Assembly: GCA_031386385.1 (NCBI GenBank)
Contig: JANNCG010000476.1
Location: 1 to 44,472, forward strand
Reading direction: 5' to 3'
Length of the DNA stretch: 44,472 bases
DNA from: Myxococcales bacterium
Lineage (GTDB): Bacteria > Myxococcota_A > Polyangia > Polyangiales > Ga0077539
Numbering within the stretch: the first letter of the stretch is position 1; the number at the start of each line of letters is the position of its first letter. The position numbers and the translations under genes were made by a program. The notes beneath the pieces are model-generated. The model was not told the DNA's origin, made no database searches, and worked only from the letters and a program-made list of their open reading frames with translations. Below, piece after piece: positions 16,837-25,781 of the stretch.

Positions 16837-17526
16837 ATGGCTCCTCCAAAAAACAAAAAAGAAGTCGCTCAGCCGTCGCTCGTCGATCAAATCACTCCGC
16901 CAGTGATGGTCGGCCTCGGAATCGGTGCGGTCGCCGCAGTCTGTGTTCTCTACTACTTTTTGGGCTATCAGCCCGTTCAAGAGTCCATCGGCAACGCGCG
17001 TCGCCAGCAGACAGAGCTTGAGACCCAACAACGAAATGCCAACCGTGACCTGCGCGCATACAACGACGATGTTGCCGAGCTCGAACGCTCACGCAACACC
17101 TCGCGTGAGCAGCAGCGCGTACTGCCCAACAACCCCGATATCCCTGGTTTTTTGCGGTCAATCCATCTCACCGCCCAGGACAATCAGCTGCAGATTCAGC
17201 TGATTCAGCCCGAGCCCGAGGTCGTCGATCAGTACTACGTCAAGGTGCCTGTTCGGGTTGAGGTGCAAGGGTCATTTCTTGAGCTCGCTCGGTACTTTCG
17301 AGCGATCGCGAATTTGCCGCGCGTGATCAACATGGAGAACATCGTGCTGAACGATCCCACCGTAGTCGACGATCGTGTGGTCTTAAAAGCACGGATGCTG
17401 GCCACAACTTTTCGCGCCCTCAACGCCGCCGAACAGCGCCGCGCTGCAGATGCTCTTGAGGCTCCCGCCAACGAACCCGCCCGAGCCGGAACACCCGGTC
17501 GCCAAAACGCAGGAGGCCGTCGATGA
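16837..17526 (+). CDS. pilO: Type IV pilus assembly protein PilO
   Basis: TM helix and coiled coil. PilO-like C-terminus (YYVKVPVRVEVQGSFLELARYFRAIANLPRVINMENIVL). 4-nt ATGA overlap with pilP. Confidence 0.75.
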   Translation: MAPPKNKKEVAQPSLVDQITPPVMVGLGIGAVAAVCVLYYFLGYQPVQESIGNARRQQTELETQQRNANRDLRAYNDDVAELERSRNTSREQQRVLPNNPDIPGFLRSIHLTAQDNQLQIQLIQPEPEVVDQYYVKVPVRVEVQGSFLELARYFRAIANLPRVINMENIVLNDPTVVDDRVVLKARMLATTFRALNAAEQRRAADALEAPANEPARAGTPGRQNAGGRR

Positions 17527-18560
17527 ACGCAAAGAACCCTAAAAACTCGCCACAGACCGTCGCCCTCGCCTTGGGCACGTGCTTCACATTTGGCCTCTTT
17601 GTCGCCTGTGGAAGTGATGCGCCCGTCGCACCCACTCGTGGGACTCCTGGTGCGACACCTCGTGTAAACCGCGCAGGAGCGGGTGGCGGTGATGGCGGTG
17701 CCGGAGCCGAAGCCGATGCGAGTGCTCCCGCATTCGTTGGCCGCACGCTGATGGATCAGGACTTCACTGAGACGGACCGGGCCAGAGATCCATTTCGGTC
17801 GTTCGCACAAGAGTGGGTGCCTCGAGATCCGCCTGTGACAAACCTGCCAACTTGTAAGCTCGACCGATTCAATTTGGATGAGCTGAGAGTTGTGGCGGTG
17901 ATCCTCGGCGCTGGCAATCCTTACGCGATGGTGATTGACACCTCGGGCAATGGAACCATCGTCCGCCGTGGCGAGTGCATCGGAAAGCCCGAGACTCAAA
18001 CAGGCGCCGCTGAGGGCTCTCGCATCCCTGTTCCGTGGGTGATCACGCGCATTGTGGGCAGCCGAGTGGCCCGCGACCGCGACAACAATCTCACTGAAAT
18101 CTCAGCAGAAGTCGTCGTCCAACGCGATGACCGGATGAACCCGTCGGCCCCGCGCGTCGAGCGAAGCCTGTCGCTGGCTCCACCGGGAGAGGGGCGCGCT
18201 CCGGCGCCGCTTGAGCCACAGTCCAATCTTCCGCTCTTGCCAGGACTCCCAGGCTCAAACGCAAACGCCTTCATGCCCGCGCTCCCTCCCGGTACGTCGC
18301 CATTTTTGCCTCCGGGTCAAAGATTGCCGCCGGGCTCTCGAACGACCGCGACCCAGCAGCAACAAGGGACCACGACGATTCAGTCGTTCACGACGATTGT
18401 TCCACCCGCGCAGGTTCAGCAACAGCCACCCGCACAGCCAACAACCGTTGTCGTGCAGCAGCAGCCCGCAGTCCAGACGATTCAACAGATTCCGGTGTCT
18501 AATCAGCCACCGCCGGTGCAAATCAACGGCGGCGGCAACGCGCTCGGACCAGGTCGGTAG
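17523..18560 (+). CDS. pilP: PilP-like pilus assembly lipoprotein with a long Pro/Gln-rich C-terminal extension
   Basis: Lipobox LFVAC (Cys29). PilP-like beta domain (FNLDELRVVAVILGAGNPYAMVIDTSGNGTIVRRGECIG). About 150 aa of P/Q/T low complexity. Gene order pilMNOP. Confidence 0.65.
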   Translation: MNAKNPKNSPQTVALALGTCFTFGLFVACGSDAPVAPTRGTPGATPRVNRAGAGGGDGGAGAEADASAPAFVGRTLMDQDFTETDRARDPFRSFAQEWVPRDPPVTNLPTCKLDRFNLDELRVVAVILGAGNPYAMVIDTSGNGTIVRRGECIGKPETQTGAAEGSRIPVPWVITRIVGSRVARDRDNNLTEISAEVVVQRDDRMNPSAPRVERSLSLAPPGEGRAPAPLEPQSNLPLLPGLPGSNANAFMPALPPGTSPFLPPGQRLPPGSRTTATQQQQGTTTIQSFTTIVPPAQVQQQPPAQPTTVVVQQQPAVQTIQQIPVSNQPPPVQINGGGNALGPGR

Positions 18561-18628
18561 AATGCTCGACTGAGCAACCTGTTCTGCGATCACTGGCTGA
18601 AAAGCCTGATAGAGTCCAACCATCAAAC

Positions 18629-18979
18629 ATGGTTGCTCACATCCTGGTCGCGGTCGTGGCCCTGCTTCACTCCTACTTTATGGTTCTCGAGATGTTCTTA
18701 TGGACCACCCCGAAGACCGCAAGATCGTTTGGGCGGACCGTTGAGCAGCAAGAGGCTTCGGCAAGTCTCGCGAAAAACCAAGGGCTCTACAACGGCTTTC
18801 TCGCCGCAGGTCTGGTGTGGAGTTATTTTGTCCCATACAGCCACGGTGTCCGTGTGTTTTTTTTGGCCTGCATCGTTGTGGCAGGACTGTACGGCGCTGC
18901 CACCGCGAGCAAGAAGATCTTGTTCGTCCAAGCGGTTCCCGCAGGGCTTGCGCTCGCGATGGTCGTTGCGGGGCTTTAG
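18629..18979 (+). CDS. DUF1304-family small membrane protein
   Basis: 116 aa with four hydrophobic helices. VALLHSYFMVLEMFLW and NQGLYNGFLAAGL are characteristic of DUF1304. Confidence 0.55.
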   Translation: MVAHILVAVVALLHSYFMVLEMFLWTTPKTARSFGRTVEQQEASASLAKNQGLYNGFLAAGLVWSYFVPYSHGVRVFFLACIVVAGLYGAATASKKILFVQAVPAGLALAMVVAGL

Positions 18980-19090
18980 TCGGTCACCTCGCCTACCTGT
19001 GAACCTCCGTGGGCAAAGCTCGATTCGACTGCGCGTACATCGTGGGCGGCCGGTGCAATAGGTAACAAAACGTGTTAGCGTCCGAGCGGT

Positions 19091-21217
19091 TTGGTGTCAG
19101 AAAATATTTCTTCGAGCAATCTTGATGATGTGACGACAGGATCTTCTGATCTTGGACGTTCGAAGACCGCGCGCTTTGAAGCGGGTCAGCCCGCTGAGAC
19201 TGACTCAACACCACCAGCAGACGACCCACGCATTGGGACCATCGTCGCGGGACGCTATCAGCTGCAGCGGTTGCTCGGCGTAGGCGGAATGGGAGCGGTC
19301 TACCTCGGCGAGCACATGACCCTGCACAAGCGCGTTGCGGTGAAGTTTTTGCGCGCAGAGTTCACACAAACCGCGGAGATTGTCACAAGATTTGAGCGCG
19401 AGGCCGTCGCAGCAGCGAAGATTGATCACCCCAACGTGGTGGCGGTCCATGACTTCGGCAAAGACGCTGACGGCAGCGCGTTTTTCGTGCTCGATTTCAT
19501 TGATGGAATCACGCTCGGTGCCCTGCTTGAGACGGAGAAAACGCTCTCGCCTGAGCGGGTCCTTGCCGTCGCAAAAGATGTGGGCGCAGCGCTAGGCGCG
19601 GCTCACAGCAAAGGCATCGTCCATCGCGATCTTAAACCGGACAACGTTGTGTTGGTTCAGCGACCGGGTGAAAGCGATCTCGCAAAGGTCATCGATTTTG
19701 GCATTGCAAAGGACAACTCGGCGTCGAGCCGCGCGGGTGAAAAAGGCGCACCGCTGACCCAAGCGGGGATGATTTTTGGCACGCCGGAGTACATGGCGCC
19801 AGAGCAAGCGCTGGGCGCGGACGTCGATCATCGGGTGGATCTTTACGCACTTGGGGTTTTGTTGTTTGAATCCCTCGCGGGGCAGCGTCCGTACATGGCC
19901 GACGACGTCGTGAGCTTGCTGGGAATGCAGCTGAGCGCAGAGATTCCAAAGATCTCGACGACCACTAACAACCCACAATATGCGATAAAACTCGACGATT
20001 TCTTTACCAAGGCACTCGCTAAACAACGCAACAACCGCTTTGACTCAGCGAGCGAGATGGTCGCCGCTTTTCAAGAGGCCCTTGAAGCCAAGCCCCCCGT
20101 TGCCAAGAGTCCGGATGCCTCTCAGTCTTCGTCAGTGACCGCGGTCACCTCAGCCGTGAGCGGTGTTCCGTCTGCATTTGCCGCGCATCGTGAGTCCATT
20201 TTGGACATCTCGCGGGTGACCGTTCACACGCTCGCGAGTGCGACGCAAGAGGCATGGAAGACCGCCTCGGCCGAGCCCACACAGCGCAAGAGAGTGCTCG
20301 GCGTTGGCGCTGCGGTGCTCGCCTTCGCCGTTTTGCTCGGGCCAGTCCGACACAAAATCGCCCACCGCGCACTTGATCCACTGCCCGAGCAAGGGACAGA
20401 CACACCGACCCACGTCGAGGTCCCTCCCAATCGATCCCACGCCGTCAATTCACTGATGGATCGAGTTCACAATCTGGTCCAACCCGCAAACAACTCAGGG
20501 ACCACACCCATCGTGACGCCCGTGGTGACGGCACGTCCATCGACCGGCAACCTCAGCGCAGATCTCGACACTTTTCGCGCAGATCCACGGATGCACGTGC
20601 TGCTTGATCGTCGCAGCCTTCAGTCAGTGCAGAGCAAGATCGACGCGCTTGAGCAGTATCGATTGACCGATACAAACCCGCTCTTGATTTACACACTCGG
20701 GACGCTTTACGCACAACAAGGTGCCCGTGGCGAGGCGCTCATGCTTGAGCGTTTTGCCGAGGCTCTCGGCGCGCGTCCAGACCTTGCCACGGATGACGAC
20801 CTAGTCGACGGCGTGTTGAGCGTCAAGATGCGCTCGCGAAGCCCCAACACACAACGCGCGGATGCCCTGCTGCACGGGCCCCTTGAGTCCGTGGCACCAC
20901 GCCGGGTGTTTGCGCGGATCGCTCGGGACCGTTCGCGACGCGAACGCGAGCGCAGTATTGCCCTTTTGACCAGAGAATTTCCAGCCTCGATTGATAGCGC
21001 TGCGATTCCGCTTATCGACCTTTATCGAGCGCGCAACTGCAATCAGCTTCGAGTGTCGGTCGAGGCCCTCTCGACCGCAGGTGACGCTCGAGCGCTCGAC
21101 ACATTGCAGACCCTCCCTCGCCCGCCAGCGCGATGCGGCTGGAGCGAGTGCAATCCGTGCCTCGGGACCTCGGTGGACGACGCGATCAGGGCAATCCAGG
21201 CGCGACAACCTCGATAG
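19091..21217 (+). CDS. Membrane-spanning Ser/Thr protein kinase with an uncharacterised extracytoplasmic C-terminal region
   Basis: GVGGMGAVYLGEH, VAVKFL, HRDLKPDNVVL, DFGIAK, GTPEYMAPE. TM helix VLGVGAAVLAFAVLLGPV. The track start is a TTG, so the exact start is uncertain. Confidence 0.85.
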   Translation: MVSENISSSNLDDVTTGSSDLGRSKTARFEAGQPAETDSTPPADDPRIGTIVAGRYQLQRLLGVGGMGAVYLGEHMTLHKRVAVKFLRAEFTQTAEIVTRFEREAVAAAKIDHPNVVAVHDFGKDADGSAFFVLDFIDGITLGALLETEKTLSPERVLAVAKDVGAALGAAHSKGIVHRDLKPDNVVLVQRPGESDLAKVIDFGIAKDNSASSRAGEKGAPLTQAGMIFGTPEYMAPEQALGADVDHRVDLYALGVLLFESLAGQRPYMADDVVSLLGMQLSAEIPKISTTTNNPQYAIKLDDFFTKALAKQRNNRFDSASEMVAAFQEALEAKPPVAKSPDASQSSSVTAVTSAVSGVPSAFAAHRESILDISRVTVHTLASATQEAWKTASAEPTQRKRVLGVGAAVLAFAVLLGPVRHKIAHRALDPLPEQGTDTPTHVEVPPNRSHAVNSLMDRVHNLVQPANNSGTTPIVTPVVTARPSTGNLSADLDTFRADPRMHVLLDRRSLQSVQSKIDALEQYRLTDTNPLLIYTLGTLYAQQGARGEALMLERFAEALGARPDLATDDDLVDGVLSVKMRSRSPNTQRADALLHGPLESVAPRRVFARIARDRSRRERERSIALLTREFPASIDSAAIPLIDLYRARNCNQLRVSVEALSTAGDARALDTLQTLPRPPARCGWSECNPCLGTSVDDAIRAIQARQPR

Positions 21218-22700
21218 CATCGGAAGCAGCCACGGACTGGCCCCCAGCAACGAGCGCAACGCGCAACCTAGAGCCTGCAGCAACGCCATCGATTCGCATG
21301 CCAACGGAGAGCTCTCCGCTGTCGGCGAGAATCCTAGAGTTCACGCCGTTGTTTGTCGTATCGCGGTCACTTCGAGCGAGGGCCGCACACCACGGCCAGC
21401 TTGTCTGCCCGCGCAGCTGCACACAAACACGCCAGGCCCCATCGAGTCGCTCAAAGCGGCGTTCGAGTGCTCCTTGGCGCCACTGCAGTGCTTGCACCGA
21501 CGCGTCGGGGGCATAGTACACACCACCGTCGCTTACCCCGATGGGTGGGTTGGTCAGCGTTTGATCGGCAATTTGCAGGACCGCAACCACCCCGAGGCTC
21601 CCCTGTTCGCGGCTCACTGCCACACGAGAGAGCGTCGGTTGGCGATCTGAGGGACGGACACTGCCACCCGCGACAAGCTGCATCGCTCGCTCGCCACAGG
21701 GGTTTGTCGCGCCTGCAAAACTCGCACAGTCACGGCACGAGCAACCATCACAGACCGGAGGCTCAACGACATCGGCGGCGCCTAGTCTCTCTCGAAGCCA
21801 CTGCTCAAGCGTCAGCTCAGTGCTGCTGTTGGGGACGCTCGCAACCCAAGCTTGATGAAATCTCTCAGCGGCAGCTCGACCCACATATCGAAAATGCCAC
21901 GGCTCATATTTGTATCCCGTTCGCGGATCGACAGCGCCGCGAAACTCTGGTCGTGCCAAGCAGTCCGACCCCACGCGGCGATAGTCAGGATGCAATGGAT
22001 ACGCGAGCACAAATCCGTGTCTCCAGCTGTTTGTTTGCAGCCAACGACCACCGGGAGAGCAACCAAAACCCTCGCGAAAAATAGTTCCCCCACGCGCCCA
22101 CGCCTGAGTGAACAGATCAATCGCGGTCCCGAGCTGGTGCTGCGAGTGCCCAGGAATCGCGCTCGCGCTCGTCGCGGGACAAAATCCCATCGCGCTTGGG
22201 GGGCGCCACGCCCATTTTGCGAACACATCACACTGCACCGAAAACCCCCTAAACGCAGAGTGCAGCAACGGTTGGTGTCCAGCGCTCCGCATCTGTTGCG
22301 TCATCGTGCCAAACGCCTCTGCAGCTTCGCGCCGAAGACACTGACGATCTGCATGTAGGCAGCTTGCAGTCGATGCAGCCTGCGCGGTCCTAGCGTCCAC
22401 TAAATCCCTGGGAAAATACTGCGGCGACAACACCCATCGCGGCGATCGATTCACCAGCGCGAGCAGATCGTCGCCGTCGACGGCTGCCACCGGGGGAGCA
22501 AAATCAATGGGAGCAACGAAGTGCCCTCCTGCGTCCGGTTGGGTGAGTCGACCGCAGTATTGCGACAATACGGCACCAGCGTCCGTGCGCAACGCGGGTA
22601 CTGGACGACGAGTTTGGTGACTCACCTGAGCCGCAGCCACGGCACCGACCACAAGAACGACGGTCACAGCAACGGACGAAGTCGCTCTCGTTTGGGACAC
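21186..22700 (-). CDS. M15B (VanY-like) D-alanyl-D-alanine carboxypeptidase family protein with a ~200-aa unknown C-terminal extension
   Basis: ORF 21186..22865. A start at the in-frame GTG 22700 (VSQTRATSSVAVTVVLVVGAVAAA, a TM/signal segment) removes the overlap with 22721. Motifs: SAFRGFSVQ, GHSQHQLGTAIDL, GFVLAYP, YEPWHFRYVG. The 3' end overlaps the convergent kinase gene by 32 nt. Confidence 0.7.
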   Translation of the reverse strand: MSQTRATSSVAVTVVLVVGAVAAAQVSHQTRRPVPALRTDAGAVLSQYCGRLTQPDAGGHFVAPIDFAPPVAAVDGDDLLALVNRSPRWVLSPQYFPRDLVDARTAQAASTASCLHADRQCLRREAAEAFGTMTQQMRSAGHQPLLHSAFRGFSVQCDVFAKWAWRPPSAMGFCPATSASAIPGHSQHQLGTAIDLFTQAWARGGTIFREGFGCSPGGRWLQTNSWRHGFVLAYPLHPDYRRVGSDCLARPEFRGAVDPRTGYKYEPWHFRYVGRAAAERFHQAWVASVPNSSTELTLEQWLRERLGAADVVEPPVCDGCSCRDCASFAGATNPCGERAMQLVAGGSVRPSDRQPTLSRVAVSREQGSLGVVAVLQIADQTLTNPPIGVSDGGVYYAPDASVQALQWRQGALERRFERLDGAWRVCVQLRGQTSWPWCAALARSDRDTTNNGVNSRILADSGELSVGMRIDGVAAGSRLRVALVAGGQSVAASDAIEVVAPGLP

Positions 22701-22720
22701 AATATCGATACAATTAGCAC

Positions 22721-25700
22721 ATGGATTGCGGCAGCAGGTACCGTTTGCACACCCCTGGACCAAAACGCGCGAGCAGCGTGTTGCACAGAGGTTTCGTTTT
22801 AGCTGCGATCGCTTTCTGCAGTGTCTCCAGTTGCGCAACCAACTCAACACGAAGCAGCCAGACAACGGGCGCTGTTCGCGGGCAGCCTCCCCGAACCATT
22901 GGCGTCACCGGATCACCGTCCACAGCCACACGGACCGCCGGCCAAACGACAGGGACCCGCATTATCGCCCTAAGCGATCTGACGGACATTGTGGTGGTAA
23001 ACCCCATTCACGCACCAGAGGTACCGCTCCGAGTATTACTTGGAAGCATTCGAGCAGAGATTGACGTCAACAACGCTGTAAGGCTGAGCAACGATCGCAC
23101 CGCAACGAGTCTGATCGCCGCGAGCGAAGCGCGCAATGGCAAGTGGGTCTTTGTCACGATGGACGGTTTAGTCGTCAGAAGCGAGTCGTTTTTGGGACCC
23201 ATTGAGCGTGCGGGAGAGAGCAACGGAGACGCCTTTCGAGTGGCTGTGGGGCGCGGCGCAATCTACTACCGTGATCGAAGGCATCAGGGGTGGCTTGCGA
23301 CCGTTGAGCATGGTGTGCGCAAGTGGCCTGACGTCGCGGTCTTGAGTGGCGCATTTCTCAGCCCCGAGCGGGGCGCATACATCGATTTTGCGGGCGATTT
23401 GTGGGTCACCAGCGACGCGGGTCGCTCCGCTCAAAAAGTATCGCTGACTCCGCAATCCGCAGACATGATCGAGATCCGCCACGATCGCTTGGAGGTCAGC
23501 ACTTCGGCTGGGCACAGATTGCTGCTGGACAACAGGACGCTTGAGCCGATCCCGGCTGCGCCTCCATTCACAAGAGAGCTCACTGCCGCCCGCCGCTGGG
23601 CGTTGCTGCAAGCAGCGCTGCTCCGGTGGCCACAATCAGTGTGGAGTTTAATCGACAACTTGCAAGGCTCTCTCGATTCTCCCTGGTTTGTTTTTGATCG
23701 AGACATCGTGCAGGTGGATCCCAACTCAGGGGCCATTCAGAGCGTCGACCGGGACGTCCTACCCAATCGCGACTGTGCGGTTCGCGCTTGGGGATCACGT
23801 TATCTCATCAACTGCCCGCCGTCTGAGCAGTCTTTTTTGTGGTCTCGAGAGGAGGGCAGGCGGTTGTTCAGCTCGCCGAGATTCAGAGAGATTTTGCTCT
23901 CAAATGATGGGCAACACGCGTTGTCAAACGAGCCCTGCGTTGAGCCCAACTACGCCATCTCGTCACGTCGCTTCGACGCCTCGAATAGCTGTGTGTGGCT
24001 CTCAAACTCGACCCGCTGGAGCCCCCTTGGAGCCGCGAGTCGATTTTCACACAGCGACGCCCTGAACGGCTCACGAGCGATCGGACAATTTCTGTCGGGA
24101 AGTCAGATGATTTTACGTATCCGAGACATCGAGTCTGGGGCATCTGATTTGCTCTCCAGCGAGCCGGGACCCGAGGGAGCGAGGCGCGAGGTCATGAGTG
24201 GACAGTTCGCAGCCGATGGCACTCCTTACGGCCTGATGGTGGCAGAGCGCACAGCGCAGACCCTAGCCGCAGAACCAAGCTTTCTCATGGCCCGGTGGCC
24301 AGACCTGCGCGCGGTGGTATCGCCCAGTCCGCTGCCCACTGGATTTCAAGCGCTCGGGATGCAAACGGCGAGCAACGGCTACGCTGTCGGAGCGACTGGC
24401 AGCGAGATTTGGCAGACACTGGATGGGGGTGCACAGTGGCAACACTTGGAGCTTCCCATTGATGGGGCGCCAGGTGCGATTGAGGTTCATGCAAACTATT
24501 CACGGCGTCAGTATCTCCCGTGCTCTCTGGACCGATGTCTATTGGGAGGATTTCTTGTCGAAGGAAGCGGACCCATCGTTCCGTTTGGCGAACGCGTCCT
24601 CGCGTCGACCACGCCGTTTGTTGTCAGCAACATGCAGCGATGGCAATCGATGCTTCGATCCGCGTATCAAGGCCGAATTTCTGGCGTCGAAACCAGACGT
24701 TTTGTCTGCACATTAGTGCGCTCGATCCCTTCAGCGGGTGGCCACCGACTTCGCGGCGCCGACATTGAGTTAGCGCTTCACGCGACCGAGACCGCGGACC
24801 ACCACATTGCGCTCTCTGGCTCGTGGACCTTCGGTGACTCGGCACCCAGTACAATGGTCCCGGGACTGGCACCGCTGCCGGTCACTGGGGCTCGCCATGC
24901 CATGCCGCCCGACACCGGCTGGACCGTGCGGTACGGAACCCGCGATTGGGTCCTCGTCGACCGCTGCGTGATCTCCGACCCACCGAGACGCTGCGACCAT
25001 CTGATCGTGTCACGAACCTCAGCGCCCACGCGTTTAGCTGTCGATGAAAACGTCACCGTTTTGGATCAAGACGACGGCGCTTTTTTAGCAGCCACCAAGA
25101 CTCGTCCTGGTGTCCACGCTTTGCTCTTCAACACGAGCGCAAACTCCGAGCAGTGCAGCGAGGTTCTCGTTCTCGTCAACGACAGCGCCTCAACGCTCGC
25201 CCGACGCCACATGAGCTGTCCGGGCATGGAACCCTTTGACGCTGCGCTCGCTATACGTGAAAATTTGCTGGGTATTATTCGACTGCAGCGCTCCGCGTTG
25301 GATTCCATTCCGAGCGCTCATGCCTTCTTTCCGCTGTTTAATGGCGCGGTTGCGGTAAACGAACCCGCCCAGCCGCTGCCATCGTTTAACGCCAACGGCA
25401 CCAGCGTGTTGAATCGAGCTACTCGCCTTCCCAATCCCCACTCACTTCTCGTATTCGGCGCTGGCGCAGGGCTATCCGCCACGGCTTCGTACTCTGAGCG
25501 TTATTATTCAGATTGGAATGGTCGAGTCGAGGCCGAGCTGGCGCCCAACGGCGACTGGACGATTCGGTCTTTGCAGTCCGCTCAGCGATCGGGTCGAGGC
25601 GGGATGGATGGTCGAGGCCCACCGCCCGTTTCGGGCGCGATCAGCGTTCACACACCAACAACGGCAGGTGCCCACGTCCTTGAGGGCACCTTTCGCGATG

Positions 25701-25741
25701 ATCGCCGAACGGTTTACGTTCAGTGCGAAGAGATGCAGTGA
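22721..25741 (+). CDS. Large hypothetical lipoprotein (1006 aa) with one or two BNR/Asp-box-like motifs
   Basis: Long ORF. Lipobox FCSVSSC; alternative starts GTG 22778 / TTG 22781 give a tighter signal peptide. WQTLDGGAQWQHL and VTSDAGRSAQ resemble Asp-box motifs. Otherwise unrecognisable. Confidence 0.55.
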   Translation: MDCGSRYRLHTPGPKRASSVLHRGFVLAAIAFCSVSSCATNSTRSSQTTGAVRGQPPRTIGVTGSPSTATRTAGQTTGTRIIALSDLTDIVVVNPIHAPEVPLRVLLGSIRAEIDVNNAVRLSNDRTATSLIAASEARNGKWVFVTMDGLVVRSESFLGPIERAGESNGDAFRVAVGRGAIYYRDRRHQGWLATVEHGVRKWPDVAVLSGAFLSPERGAYIDFAGDLWVTSDAGRSAQKVSLTPQSADMIEIRHDRLEVSTSAGHRLLLDNRTLEPIPAAPPFTRELTAARRWALLQAALLRWPQSVWSLIDNLQGSLDSPWFVFDRDIVQVDPNSGAIQSVDRDVLPNRDCAVRAWGSRYLINCPPSEQSFLWSREEGRRLFSSPRFREILLSNDGQHALSNEPCVEPNYAISSRRFDASNSCVWLSNSTRWSPLGAASRFSHSDALNGSRAIGQFLSGSQMILRIRDIESGASDLLSSEPGPEGARREVMSGQFAADGTPYGLMVAERTAQTLAAEPSFLMARWPDLRAVVSPSPLPTGFQALGMQTASNGYAVGATGSEIWQTLDGGAQWQHLELPIDGAPGAIEVHANYSRRQYLPCSLDRCLLGGFLVEGSGPIVPFGERVLASTTPFVVSNMQRWQSMLRSAYQGRISGVETRRFVCTLVRSIPSAGGHRLRGADIELALHATETADHHIALSGSWTFGDSAPSTMVPGLAPLPVTGARHAMPPDTGWTVRYGTRDWVLVDRCVISDPPRRCDHLIVSRTSAPTRLAVDENVTVLDQDDGAFLAATKTRPGVHALLFNTSANSEQCSEVLVLVNDSASTLARRHMSCPGMEPFDAALAIRENLLGIIRLQRSALDSIPSAHAFFPLFNGAVAVNEPAQPLPSFNANGTSVLNRATRLPNPHSLLVFGAGAGLSATASYSERYYSDWNGRVEAELAPNGDWTIRSLQSAQRSGRGGMDGRGPPPVSGAISVHTPTTAGAHVLEGTFRDDRRTVYVQCEEMQ

Positions 25742-25781
25742 CCCGTAGTTCATCGGCAAAACCTGATGAAGACGCTAAAAT

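Noticed and set aside
18561-18628. Inverted-repeat signature of the proposed inversion (comparison with 42740-42775)
   Set aside because: Only scattered short matches (TCAGCC, TCGCA, ACAGGT) with variable gaps. This is indistinguishable from chance.
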